From positions 1 through 54,797 of the forward strand of contig CAVYAN010000093.1 in assembly GCA_963766075.1 (NCBI GenBank): DNA of 54,797 bases, read 5' to 3'. Position 1 is the stretch's first letter. The number at the start of each line of letters is the position of its first letter. The translations under genes and the position numbers were made by a program. This document shows, piece by piece, positions 31,237-40,798 of this stretch. The notes under the pieces are model-generated. The model was not told the DNA's origin. It made no database searches and was given only the letters and a program-made list of their open reading frames with translations. This DNA comes from an uncultured cyanobacterium. Lineage in GTDB: Bacteria > Cyanobacteriota > Cyanobacteriia > Leptolyngbyales > Leptolyngbyaceae.

Positions 31237-32490
31237 CTACACCTTTCCTCCGGTTTGGGGTACAGAAGGATAGCGAGACATCAAGCTTTGGTCCAGTAAC
31301 GATCCGGTTGACTCGCCCATTTCGTAGTTGCCTGGGAGGGAGCCTGCCGTGGCTTGCGCAGGCAGATATTTGCGGGCGATCGCCAAAACCTTATCAGGCT
31401 CCACGGGTTTTGAGAGAAAGTCGGATGCGCCGACCATCTTGGCGCGAACGCGATCAACCAGACCATCTTTGCCGGTCAAAATCACCACGGGAATCTCTTT
31501 GAGAACGGATACCCGGCGCACTTGGGCACAAATTTCATAGCCGTTGGCGATCGGCATGAGCAAGTCCAGAAAAATTAGATTGGGCTTGAGTTCTAGTAGG
31601 GTGGGCAAAGCCTGCATTGATTCCTGAATACTGGCAAATCGGTAGCCCGTAGGCATGAGAATCTGGTGCAGCATTTGGCAGACTTGCAGACTGTCATCAA
31701 TACAAACAATGAGGGGCTGATGGGGCGGTATCTGGGGCAGAGGTTTGGGCGCTCGGGCTTCGGGGGGGGGCAAATCAGGGAGATCGTGAAAGCCAATTAA
31801 CCCCCGATGGATATACGGCAGCAGAGAGCGGGCAATGGTCAGGGGGCTCTGCCTCATGCGGCCGGCCACATCGCGCAGGGTCGATGAGCCATTCACCAAG
31901 GCAATTAGGGTTTGGTAGCTGCTGGGAGAGGTTTGTTTTTGGAGTTCTTCAGGCCGTTTGAGGACGGGGGCCATATTGGGGGAATAGGGGGCCAGATCCG
32001 CACGGCACCAGGTTTCCCAGGCGTGGCGGGCTTGAATCAGGGCCTGTTGGGGATCGATCGGCGTTAGGGATTCGCCGAGGTTATCAGCATTGTCAGCAAC
32101 ACTCGTGATCTGGTTGATATCGTGGATTTCTTGCAGAATGTCGAACAGGACTTCGCCAACGGTGTGCTTAATCAAGGCGATCGCCTGGTCCCGCTGAATC
32201 CGCTGTCGTTTGACCAGGACAGCCAGCACCAAATATTCCCAAGTCCGGAAAATGCCATTTTCCCGCAGGCGAATGCCCGCAGAGCTAATTTCTGGACAGA
32301 ATTGTGACAGAGTGCGATACCACCGCCGAAAACGATGCTGTCCACCGGTTGTCCAGACCAGCCGCCCCAAATGGAAATATAAGCTCCAATGTTCGCCTTT
32401 GGTCGAACGCAGATCCATTCGGCCCGTAAAGTGCGAGCGATGGCTGACTTGAAATTGGTGAACTAACTGATCGACCGTTAATCGTTCCAT
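31237..32490 (-). CDS. PatA-type response regulator (PATAN + REC)
   Basis: FTGRMDL...WSLYFHLGRLVW PATAN domain; CIDDS...FLDLLMP...DRVRAKMVGA receiver. Confidence 0.92.
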   Translation of the reverse strand: MERLTVDQLVHQFQVSHRSHFTGRMDLRSTKGEHWSLYFHLGRLVWTTGGQHRFRRWYRTLSQFCPEISSAGIRLRENGIFRTWEYLVLAVLVKRQRIQRDQAIALIKHTVGEVLFDILQEIHDINQITSVADNADNLGESLTPIDPQQALIQARHAWETWCRADLAPYSPNMAPVLKRPEELQKQTSPSSYQTLIALVNGSSTLRDVAGRMRQSPLTIARSLLPYIHRGLIGFHDLPDLPPPEARAPKPLPQIPPHQPLIVCIDDSLQVCQMLHQILMPTGYRFASIQESMQALPTLLELKPNLIFLDLLMPIANGYEICAQVRRVSVLKEIPVVILTGKDGLVDRVRAKMVGASDFLSKPVEPDKVLAIARKYLPAQATAGSLPGNYEMGESTGSLLDQSLMSRYPSVPQTGGKV

Positions 32491-32905
32491 GTCCGGATCC
32501 GTATTGGGCAGAGAAGTGACCCAAGAGACAAGGGACTCTTGGACCAGATTAATGCGTTAAAATTGTCGCGAAACCATTGCGAAATCGTTGTTCTAAGGGC
32601 TAGATAGAACCGAAGCTAGGTTTAACTGATCTCCCAGGATCAATCGATCCCTCCGAATCAATTGATCTTTCCTCCAACAGTGTTCCCCTGTAAACCGTGT
32701 TTCCACCTCAACAGTGTTCCCACCGAGCGCACAAATTCAGCGTTGGGTCGGTCTATTGAGACGTGTTTTTTGTCAGAAATAATCGGAAATATCGGAGTAT
32801 TCCCCTGCGATGCAGGCTTGAGGCAATCTGCGACTTTGAAGGGGGGGGGTAACGGCTTGATAGAATGAAGAAAGACATTTTATCCTTTTCAAGAGAGATT
32901 AAACC

Positions 32906-33652
32906 ATGCCTTCGCTGAGCGAACAAACCGTCAACCACCCCGATATTTCCGGTCTCAATACTGAGCTTGATCGCCAAAGCCCGCAGGAAATTCTGCGACG
33001 GGCTTTGAGTCTGTACGACAACATTGCGATTTCCTTCAGTGGTGCGGAAGATGTTGTGCTCATTGACATGGCTCACAAAATCAATCCAGGAATTAAGGTG
33101 TTCAGTCTTGATACGGGACGACTGCATCCCGAAACCTATCAGTTTATTGATCGGGTCAGAAAGCACTATGGCATTGCGATCGAAATTATGTATCCTGATG
33201 CGGCCCAAGTTGAAGCCCTGGTAAAAGAAAAGGGCCTCTTCAGCTTCTATGAAGATGGCCATAAGGAATGCTGCGATATCCGTAAAGTTGCGCCCCTGCG
33301 CCGCAAGCTTTCTACTCTAGATGCCTGGATTACGGGACAGCGGCAGGACCAAAACCCGGCAACGCGGGGGCAGGTGCCTGTTGTGCAGCTTGACAAGGGT
33401 TTTTCTACGGCAGATCGTTCATTGATTAAGTTCAATCCTCTTTCCCATTGGACATCGGCAGATGTTTGGATGTATATCCGTTCCTATGAGGTGCCGTATA
33501 ATTCACTGCACGAACGGGGGTTTGTCAGTATTGGTTGTGAACCCTGTACCCGCGCGACTCTGCCCAGCCAGCACGAGCGCGAAGGACGCTGGTGGTGGGA
33601 AGACGCAGGGAAAAAGGAATGCGGTCTGCATGCGATTAATCAACAGTCCTAG
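32906..33652 (+). CDS. cysH: (Phospho)adenylyl-sulfate reductase, 4Fe-4S APS-reductase type
   Basis: [45 protein letters not shown]. Confidence 0.93.
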   Translation: MPSLSEQTVNHPDISGLNTELDRQSPQEILRRALSLYDNIAISFSGAEDVVLIDMAHKINPGIKVFSLDTGRLHPETYQFIDRVRKHYGIAIEIMYPDAAQVEALVKEKGLFSFYEDGHKECCDIRKVAPLRRKLSTLDAWITGQRQDQNPATRGQVPVVQLDKGFSTADRSLIKFNPLSHWTSADVWMYIRSYEVPYNSLHERGFVSIGCEPCTRATLPSQHEREGRWWWEDAGKKECGLHAINQQS

Positions 33653-33865
33653 GCAAGAGTCTGGGTTACGAAAGCCCAGATTACATTGGATGGGCAACTT
33701 GGAGCGAGGTGCTCGCCCCGGGTTGCCCTCGTCCATTGGTTCAGTGACTCCTGGCAGTCTGGCGATCTCAAACTGGCGATCGCAGATTAATTGAGTTAAC
33801 TTGATCCAGTAAAGTGGCAACATCTGACTGACGATGGACCTCACTGACGACGTAATCTTTCAGAG

Positions 33866-34630
33866 GTGGCAACAATGGCTACTCCAGTCCCGGTTACTCC
33901 AGTTCCGGTTACTCCAAATCCAGGCGATGGGCAGCGAGCCGATCTCAAATCATCTGCTCCAGCCGGTGAGATTTTCTATCCTGATTGCGATGGTGAGCCG
34001 GTGGCGAATAACACGGAACAGTTTGAAATCATTGTGCTGATTAAAGGCAACTTAGATATTTTGTTTGCCAATGATCCTAACGTGCTAGTTGCGGGTGATC
34101 TATTTTGGTATCCCCTTGAAGGTAACAACAAAGTCAAGTATGCCCCCGATGTGTTGGTGGCTTTGGGACGCCCCAAGGGGCAACGCTACTCATATAAGCA
34201 ATGGGAAGAAGGCAATCAGCCCCCGCAAGTTGTGTTTGAAATCCTGTCGCCCAGCAATACTTCCTCGGAAATGCAGCGCAAGCTGTTGTTTTACGATCGC
34301 TACGGAGTCGAGGAATACTACATCTATGATCCATCTATCCATGAATTGCAGGTATGGCTGCGCGGTGATTTGGGGTTGGACTGGGTATCGGTGGCGCAAG
34401 AATGGGTCAGTCCCCGTTTAGGCATTCGATTTGACCTAGAGCCGACCGATCTGGCGATTTATCGCCCAGATGGACAGCGGTTTCTAAACTTTTTGGAGTT
34501 GGAGCAGCAGTCGGCACAGGCCCGCCAGCAGGCAGAGCAAGAGAGCCAGCGGGCAGAGCAAGAGAGCCAGCGGGCGGAACGCTTGGCGGCGCGGTTGCGG
34601 GAATTGGGCGAGAATCCGGATTTGCTTTGA
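33866..34630 (+). CDS. Uma2 family restriction-endonuclease-like protein
   Basis: YPDCDGEPVANNT, APDVLV, VVFEILSPSN, YGVEEYYIYDP, C-terminal RAEQE coiled-coil repeats. Confidence 0.92.
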   Translation: MATMATPVPVTPVPVTPNPGDGQRADLKSSAPAGEIFYPDCDGEPVANNTEQFEIIVLIKGNLDILFANDPNVLVAGDLFWYPLEGNNKVKYAPDVLVALGRPKGQRYSYKQWEEGNQPPQVVFEILSPSNTSSEMQRKLLFYDRYGVEEYYIYDPSIHELQVWLRGDLGLDWVSVAQEWVSPRLGIRFDLEPTDLAIYRPDGQRFLNFLELEQQSAQARQQAEQESQRAEQESQRAERLAARLRELGENPDLL

Positions 34631-34740
34631 ACCCTGCCTGTGCGAGAGCGGTTTGCGGGTGAGCGATCGCCAATCCACGATCGCAGTTCTTTGATTCTAA
34701 GTTCTGCACCCGGTGTCCCGACATCAGGGCAGCGGCTGGG

Positions 34741-36600
34741 TTATGAGTCGAGGGGTATTTCCCAAATGTTCAGGGTTTTGTCGGCGCTGGCGCTGACTAG
34801 GATGGCACCTGCGATCGCTACACCCAGCACCGCATCCTGATGGGCAACAAACTGGGTGATTTCCTGCTCTGTAGCTAGATCCCATTGTTTTAAAGTTTTA
34901 TCCCAACTGCCACTAATCAGCGATTGACCATCCGGCGTGAAGACCAGGGCGGCTACATCCCAAGGATGTCCTGCCAGGGTTTTGACGCAGTGCCAGTGAG
35001 TTGTTTCCCAGAGGCAAATTCGGCGATCCTCCCCGCCAGTGGCGAGCCACTGGCCATCAGGGCTGAAGGCCACAGCCCGCACAATTCCCGTATGGTTCGT
35101 TAGCTTTTGCAGGGCGGTTTGGGTCGTTAAGTCCCAGACTTGCACAGTGGTATCGGCACTGCCACTGACGGCGATCGCCTGAAGGGGACTGCAGGCGATC
35201 GCGTGGACCGCCAGTCGATGTCCCCGCAGTGTGCCCAGCAGTTCGCCGGTCTCTCCGTGCCACAGTTTCACAGTTTTATCTGCACTGCCACTGACGAGTA
35301 ATTGGCCATCGGGTGTAAATGCTAATGCATTCACGCTGCCCCCATGGCCAATCAGGGTTTGATCTGCGACTAGCGTGCGGAGGTTCCACAGCTTTAAGGT
35401 GCGATCGCGACTGCCACTGGCTAGCACCATTGGCCGCGTGGGATGGTAGGCGATGGCTTTCACACAATCGTTATGTTCCCGGAGAATGCCTGCGGAGTTA
35501 CCCGTGGCGAGTTGCCACAGTCGAATCGTGCGATCATCACTAGCACTGGATGCTTGCGTGCAATCAGCCTGAATGGCAACTGCATTGACATTGGCCCAGA
35601 GGCCGTCATGACCGGATAGTGTTCGGCAACACAATCCATGGGAGGGGCGAATCGGGGTTGGGAGGATGAGTTTTTGTCCTCGAAATTGGGCCATCAAGGC
35701 GATCGCCGCCTCCACGGTAGGACAGCGCTGTTGCCAATGGGGTTCGATTAAATGATCGAGAAATTGGGCTAGGCGATCGCGGCCATCGGCTGAGGCTGGA
35801 TCCGCTGTCACCCAAGCGTTGCGCCATCCCCATCGATCATTCCCACTATCCCACAGTTCAAACGGGTGAATGCCTGTGAGTAGATGAATGCACGTTACTC
35901 CCAGGCTATACAGATCGCTGGAAAATACGGTGGCTCCCTGCACCTGCTCCGGAGCCGCGTAGGTAGGACTGCCCTGGGGCGATAGTGACGCGGGCGACGC
36001 GGTGGCCACTGTAGCGGCGCTAAAATCGACGAGGACGATATCCTCTGATTGAAGATGGCTTGAGGCAGCGGCGGGCGATCGCCAAATTAGATTCTCGGGT
36101 TTAATATCGCCGTGAATCACCTGCTGGGCGTGTATGGTTTGCAAAATGGCCAGGATCGCCGCCAAAACCTGCCAAACATCCGCGGTAGTCAAGGCTCCCC
36201 ATTGGGCCAAGATTGTGGCTAGATTTGGACCTAGAATATAGGCGCTTATCGTGTAGAAATGGGTTCCAGAGTCTATTGTGTTTAGAAAATCAGGTAGTTG
36301 GGGATGGCGACTTAAATCTGAGAGGAGTTTATGATTGATTGGGTTGTTTTTTTGAGACTGGGTTCGGTCTGCGGCATTTATTTTTTGATGAATAACACAG
36401 GGCGATGGTGGGTCATGGTAACAATCACGGCCCAGAAAAGTACGCCCTGCCCCTAAACGCCGCACCGCCACATAGCGATCGCCCACCAGCAACCTCGCCC
36501 CACAGCATTGGCAGCATGGGTCTATGCCATCCTGTGGGCCTGGGTTCTGCGGATCTGGACAGTCCGGATTGAAACAATACCCGTGGGCACTACTCAGCAT
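34741..36600 (-). CDS. Cys-rich prefix + degenerate Ser/Thr kinase + WD40 repeats
   Basis: YCFNPDC...CCQCCG, IHGDIKPEN, VDFS, YAAPEQ, SDLYSLG, about seven GH...SGSxDxTxKLW repeats. Confidence 0.88.
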   Translation of the reverse strand: MLSSAHGYCFNPDCPDPQNPGPQDGIDPCCQCCGARLLVGDRYVAVRRLGAGRTFLGRDCYHDPPSPCVIHQKINAADRTQSQKNNPINHKLLSDLSRHPQLPDFLNTIDSGTHFYTISAYILGPNLATILAQWGALTTADVWQVLAAILAILQTIHAQQVIHGDIKPENLIWRSPAAASSHLQSEDIVLVDFSAATVATASPASLSPQGSPTYAAPEQVQGATVFSSDLYSLGVTCIHLLTGIHPFELWDSGNDRWGWRNAWVTADPASADGRDRLAQFLDHLIEPHWQQRCPTVEAAIALMAQFRGQKLILPTPIRPSHGLCCRTLSGHDGLWANVNAVAIQADCTQASSASDDRTIRLWQLATGNSAGILREHNDCVKAIAYHPTRPMVLASGSRDRTLKLWNLRTLVADQTLIGHGGSVNALAFTPDGQLLVSGSADKTVKLWHGETGELLGTLRGHRLAVHAIACSPLQAIAVSGSADTTVQVWDLTTQTALQKLTNHTGIVRAVAFSPDGQWLATGGEDRRICLWETTHWHCVKTLAGHPWDVAALVFTPDGQSLISGSWDKTLKQWDLATEQEITQFVAHQDAVLGVAIAGAILVSASADKTLNIWEIPLDS

Positions 36601-38663
36601 CCGGGTTCTGTGTTTCTCCGATGGGCTCAATGAGCGGCTCAAGGGGGGCGACTGCAAAAGAATGCGATGCTCCCCTTGATTGGTCGTGGGTCTGCCCAGA
36701 GGCGTGACTGTTGCTGCCATTGCCTTTGGACAATCCCTGGGTTTGGTTCAGTAGCAACATGCCCATTAATCCATCCATCATGCCTGCGCCACTGCTGCTG
36801 CCGGTGACGGCCACATCGGGTACCACCCGCACCTGGCGATCGCCAATCACCTGCATCAGTTGTAGCGCGGTGTAAGCCTGGGAACCCAATGCCTTCACCC
36901 CGGCCTGGTAGGCATCGGCCTTGGCCTCGCCCGTTACCCGAATGGCTTCCGCATCGCCGTTGGCTTGGTTGACGGTGGCGGTGGCGTGGAGTTGTGCAAT
37001 GCGCACACCTTCTTCGGCGGTCACCACGTCTTTTTGAATGTCCGCCAGCGCCGTTTCCCGCACCAACTCCTGGCGCTGGGTTTGGGCAATGCGCTGCACT
37101 TCGTAGGTTTTTTGCTGTTCTTCGGCAATTTTGCGATCGGTGAGGGTTTGCATCAATTGGGGCGGGGGAGAAATTAGTCCAATCAGGGTATCGACGGCCT
37201 GTACATCGTAGGCCCGCAGGGCTTGGCGGACGTATTCTGCGGCTTCTGCTTGCCGTTCGCTGCGGGCAATCAAGAAGTCCAGAATCGTGTATTCCTGGGC
37301 GGAGTTGCGGAAGTAGTTGCCCACAATGGGCCGCAGGACGTGATCGACCAGATTCTGCATGGAACCCAGGCGGGAAATCACTTTGGGTGCATCTACGGCC
37401 CCTACGTGGATAATCTGAAACACTTCCAAATCAAAACTGAAGCCATCAAAGGAGAGGAGTTTGAGGGCGGTTAATTTGGCGTCGTAGCCGTGTTCGCCGC
37501 TAAATCGCTCCGTAAAGTTCAACACAATGTTGGTGGTGGGTACCAGTTCGACTTTCATGATTTGCGTATTCAGGGGATGCTTGCCGGGATACAGCGGTTC
37601 CACCCAGACGCCCTTGTCGCCTTTATGAACTAAGTTGCCGTGGGTGAAGGAGTCGCCGCTGACATCCTGCTGCGATCGCCCCACGAAGGAAATCACTACA
37701 CCGACGTAGCCAATGGGCACTTCGGTCATTGGTGCCGAATTGACCTGCACGAACCAGGGATTTAAGTTCCAGGATCCCGATAGCATGACCTGTTCCTGTA
37801 AGCCCCGCCGACCGCCATTGGCAATGAAACTTTGAGCTTTTTGGAAATTGTCATGATTAGTAATAACGGGGCCAGCGATTTCACCTTCCTCAATGGGGAT
37901 GCCATCCAGAGTTGTGACAATGCCCACCCTATCCGGTTCTGACTTTAAAGACCCGCATCCGGGCGGGATCGATGCCGTGTTGGGTGGCAGTGTTGGAGGT
38001 AATCACCTCGAATAAGGCGGTGTTAATCCGATAGTTACCTGCGGTGAGCATCCCCAACTGTCGGCCTTTTTCGCCGCCCTGAGTGAGGAACTTGCGGGCA
38101 TCTTGGAAGTCGTCACACTCGATCGCTTTGCCCAAAATCCGATCCTTGGGAATCGGAATTCCATCATTGGCCACCACGAGGCCAATTTCATCCTGGGGAA
38201 TGACGACCACGGGCTCGCGGCGGACATTGTACTGCCAGGGGAAATAGCCAAAATGCCATCCCGGTGGCAGGGTATCAGCCTGGAGGCCAGCTTCACCGTC
38301 TAGAGCCACGAGGTGATTGGGGGAGAGACTGCGGGTGGAAAACTTTTTCAAGATGATGCCAACTTCGCGATCGCCCACAACAATTAGCCCAACTAGCCAG
38401 CCGAGACGGGGTAGGAAAATCAATACCAGCATTAGCCCGCCGATGGGATAGACCCAAACGGGAAACCCATTGTGAGGCGATCTCGTAGTTTCAGGGGCAT
38501 GGCTGGGCAGTTCGACTTGGGCCAAAGGTGGGGCGATTGGCAGGGTTTGCGCAAGGCTGTGGGTGGCGATTCCGGTGGATAGGGCGATCGCCCCCAGCAT
38601 GGGCACTCCTTTTAACAGTCCGGAACGCAGAAAAGCGGGCAAGAAAAGATTGGGGTTCGGCAT
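36590..38663 (-). pseudogene. SPFH/flotillin-family membrane protein split by a one-base insertion near 37940 (pseudogene or sequence error)
   Basis: Removing one base gives ...RVFKV-EPDRVGIVTTLDG... and joins ORFs 37929..38705 and 36590..37927; GGAGG RBS before ATG 38663. Confidence 0.8.
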
Positions 38664-38932
38664 GGCTTGAGTTCCTCCGCAAGGGATGGTGAACACCGTT
38701 TCCACATTCTAGCCAGCCCCCAATAGCCCTCACCAGATCAACTTTTTCTCGTAACACCTGGGCTAAAACTGACCTTGACAATCCCTAAATGGCTGCAATT
38801 TATTCGATGTGCTCACCCGTGCCAAGAATTTCTAGAACGCCGTAAAATTCTAAAACTCAAAAACGCACCTCAAGAACGCACTCCTATGGTCAGGAATACG
38901 TATGGTCAGGAATAGAAAACCAACCTGACCGC

Positions 38933-39412
38933 TCAAGATAGCTCTTCATACTGGCAGCCCAGATATTTCAGGGTGGGAAACCCCGCCGCGTAGTCGTCCC
39001 AGAACGCTCTGTCCTGAATAATTTCGGGATAAACAGTGAGTGCTGACAGGTCCTCCTGGGCGACCCAGCGGGACTCCTGAATCATCTCAAAATCCGCCCC
39101 AGCAGGGGGTAAATTTGCCAACGTGATATTGCCGGAAAATTCATCTGCTACGACAAATAGCTCTAAATGCCGAATTTGGCGAGAAGTTTCCACAAACTCC
39201 CGAATATAGGCGATGCGGCTACAGGCGGCTTGCAGACCCGTTTCTTCAAATGTCTCCCGACAGGCACAGGCAAAAATGGACGCATCGAAAGCCTCCAACC
39301 CACCGCCGGGGGGAATCCACCATAGGTCTGAAGTGCCAGGAGTGCGATGACACACCAGCAGTATTTCTAGGTTGCGAACAATTAAGGCAGCAGCTCTAAT
39401 TCGGTGGCGCAT
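38933..39412 (-). CDS. NUDIX hydrolase
   Basis: PGGGLEAFDASIFACACRETFEETGL Nudix box. Confidence 0.9.
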   Translation of the reverse strand: MRHRIRAAALIVRNLEILLVCHRTPGTSDLWWIPPGGGLEAFDASIFACACRETFEETGLQAACSRIAYIREFVETSRQIRHLELFVVADEFSGNITLANLPPAGADFEMIQESRWVAQEDLSALTVYPEIIQDRAFWDDYAAGFPTLKYLGCQYEELS

Positions 39413-39750
39413 GATGCAAAAGGAAAGTAATGGTGAAAAAGGGACGTCGGGCTTTCTAACGGATCAAAGAGGCAAAGCCCCACGGTGTCAAGCAGATCAA
39501 CCCCCATGTCCAACACCTGGCAGGGGGACATGGCTTGTGAAATCTTTGCCAGCCTGTTTTGATGGCCTACAATCGCCCCTCGCGTTCATCTGAGCCGTAA
39601 CGATTAGTCGATGGCCTAGGCTAATGCAGCGGGGTAGATTCCCCGCGAGGGTACTGTGCAGCGCTCTTGGCAGCGGGGATAATTTTGTTAGGTAGGCGCT
39701 TGGCTCGCTGCGATCGCCGTGTCCCCTGCTGTCATACGGAGCTCTTCCCA

Positions 39751-39972
39751 ATGTCTAACCACTCTCCCAACAAACCATCGACACAATCTGTTAGGGCCGG
39801 TAGAGATGCCATCCAGGTCGGAGGCAACTTTACCCGCACTCAAACCACCAACTTTAATTTTGTCTTCTTCCTGGTGGGCATTCTCGCCCTCGGGGGGCTA
39901 TCTTGGGGAATTTACATGGCTGGCGTTATGCCCGGTGCCCCTGGCGGTCCTTCCCAAACTCAAAATCGGTAA
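39751..39972 (+). CDS. 73-aa membrane microprotein with an N-terminal RHIM-like motif
   Basis: MSNHSPNKPSTQSVRAGRDAIQVGGNFTRTQTTNFN followed by TM segment FVFFLVGILALGGLSWGIYMAGV. Confidence 0.7.
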   Translation: MSNHSPNKPSTQSVRAGRDAIQVGGNFTRTQTTNFNFVFFLVGILALGGLSWGIYMAGVMPGAPGGPSQTQNR

Positions 39973-40131
39973 TTTTCTCCCATGAACCGACCGTTCATCT
40001 GTGGCACAGCGTGAAGCGCAACCCTGTCGCTGCGGATCCGTATGTCTCAAGCGTGTCTCAATTGCTGGCTCAAATCTATCCAAAGCAAGAGCAAAACCGA
40101 GCGCAAAAGCAAGTTGCAGGAGCAGAAACCC

Positions 40132-40782
40132 ATGCCTCAGCGCACAGACGCAGAAACGAACGTCCCCCACCAAACGGGAGTAGCAGGCAAAAATCTTGTT
40201 CAGGTGGGCCATGACTACATGGAATACATTACCTACAACATTGGTCAGGGCAATTGGGGGGGGGTGGTCGCGAATTTTGGCATCATCCTGGTGGTGCTGT
40301 TGGGGCTAATCAATGGTGTGGCCCAGGGCGTTGCCTTCGCCAAAACGTCTTTGGGAGCGAAGGATGAGTCCGCCTGTGCCGCGTTCCAAAACAGTATTAG
40401 CCAACTGGCAGGCCAGGTTAACACCCTAGACCAGTCGATGCAGCGTCTCGTCCCAATTCCTGGTACGCCTGTATCGGGCGTAAATCGCACAACGCTGGTT
40501 GGTTTGAAGGGCGAAAAAGGTGAAAAGGGCGATCCTGGGGTACCTGGGCGGAGCGGAGCCAAGGGCGATCCTGGAGCTGTGGGACGTCAGGGTGAAAAAG
40601 GTGATCCTGGACCCCGGGGAGAAAAGGGCGAGAAAGGTGATAATGGTCCCCAGGGGATACCTGGCCAACCCGGCTCCACTGGGGCTAAGGGTGATCCTGG
40701 CCCTCCCGGGGAAAAGGGCGCGAAGGGCGATCCGGCTCCTAGCTCCCTGATTCCCCAGACCTCTTTGCCCAGGATTCAATAA
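40132..40782 (+). CDS. Membrane-anchored collagen-like protein with an N-terminal RHIM-like motif
   Basis: AGGAG RBS before ATG 40132; [14 protein letters not shown] helix, heptad segment, 26 uninterrupted Gly-X-Y triplets (40501-40734). Confidence 0.85.
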   Translation: MPQRTDAETNVPHQTGVAGKNLVQVGHDYMEYITYNIGQGNWGGVVANFGIILVVLLGLINGVAQGVAFAKTSLGAKDESACAAFQNSISQLAGQVNTLDQSMQRLVPIPGTPVSGVNRTTLVGLKGEKGEKGDPGVPGRSGAKGDPGAVGRQGEKGDPGPRGEKGEKGDNGPQGIPGQPGSTGAKGDPGPPGEKGAKGDPAPSSLIPQTSLPRIQ

Positions 40783-40798
40783 GCCCAAGCCGATTCTG

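Noticed and set aside
36600..36720. Long overlap of the kinase ORF into the SPFH gene
   Set aside because: The conserved Cys prefix starts right after ATG 36600, so the upstream extension is probably not translated
37944..37951. TTTAAAG as a programmed -1 slippery site in the SPFH gene
   Set aside because: The heptamer is in the wrong phase, and joining the ORFs needs a +1 shift, not -1
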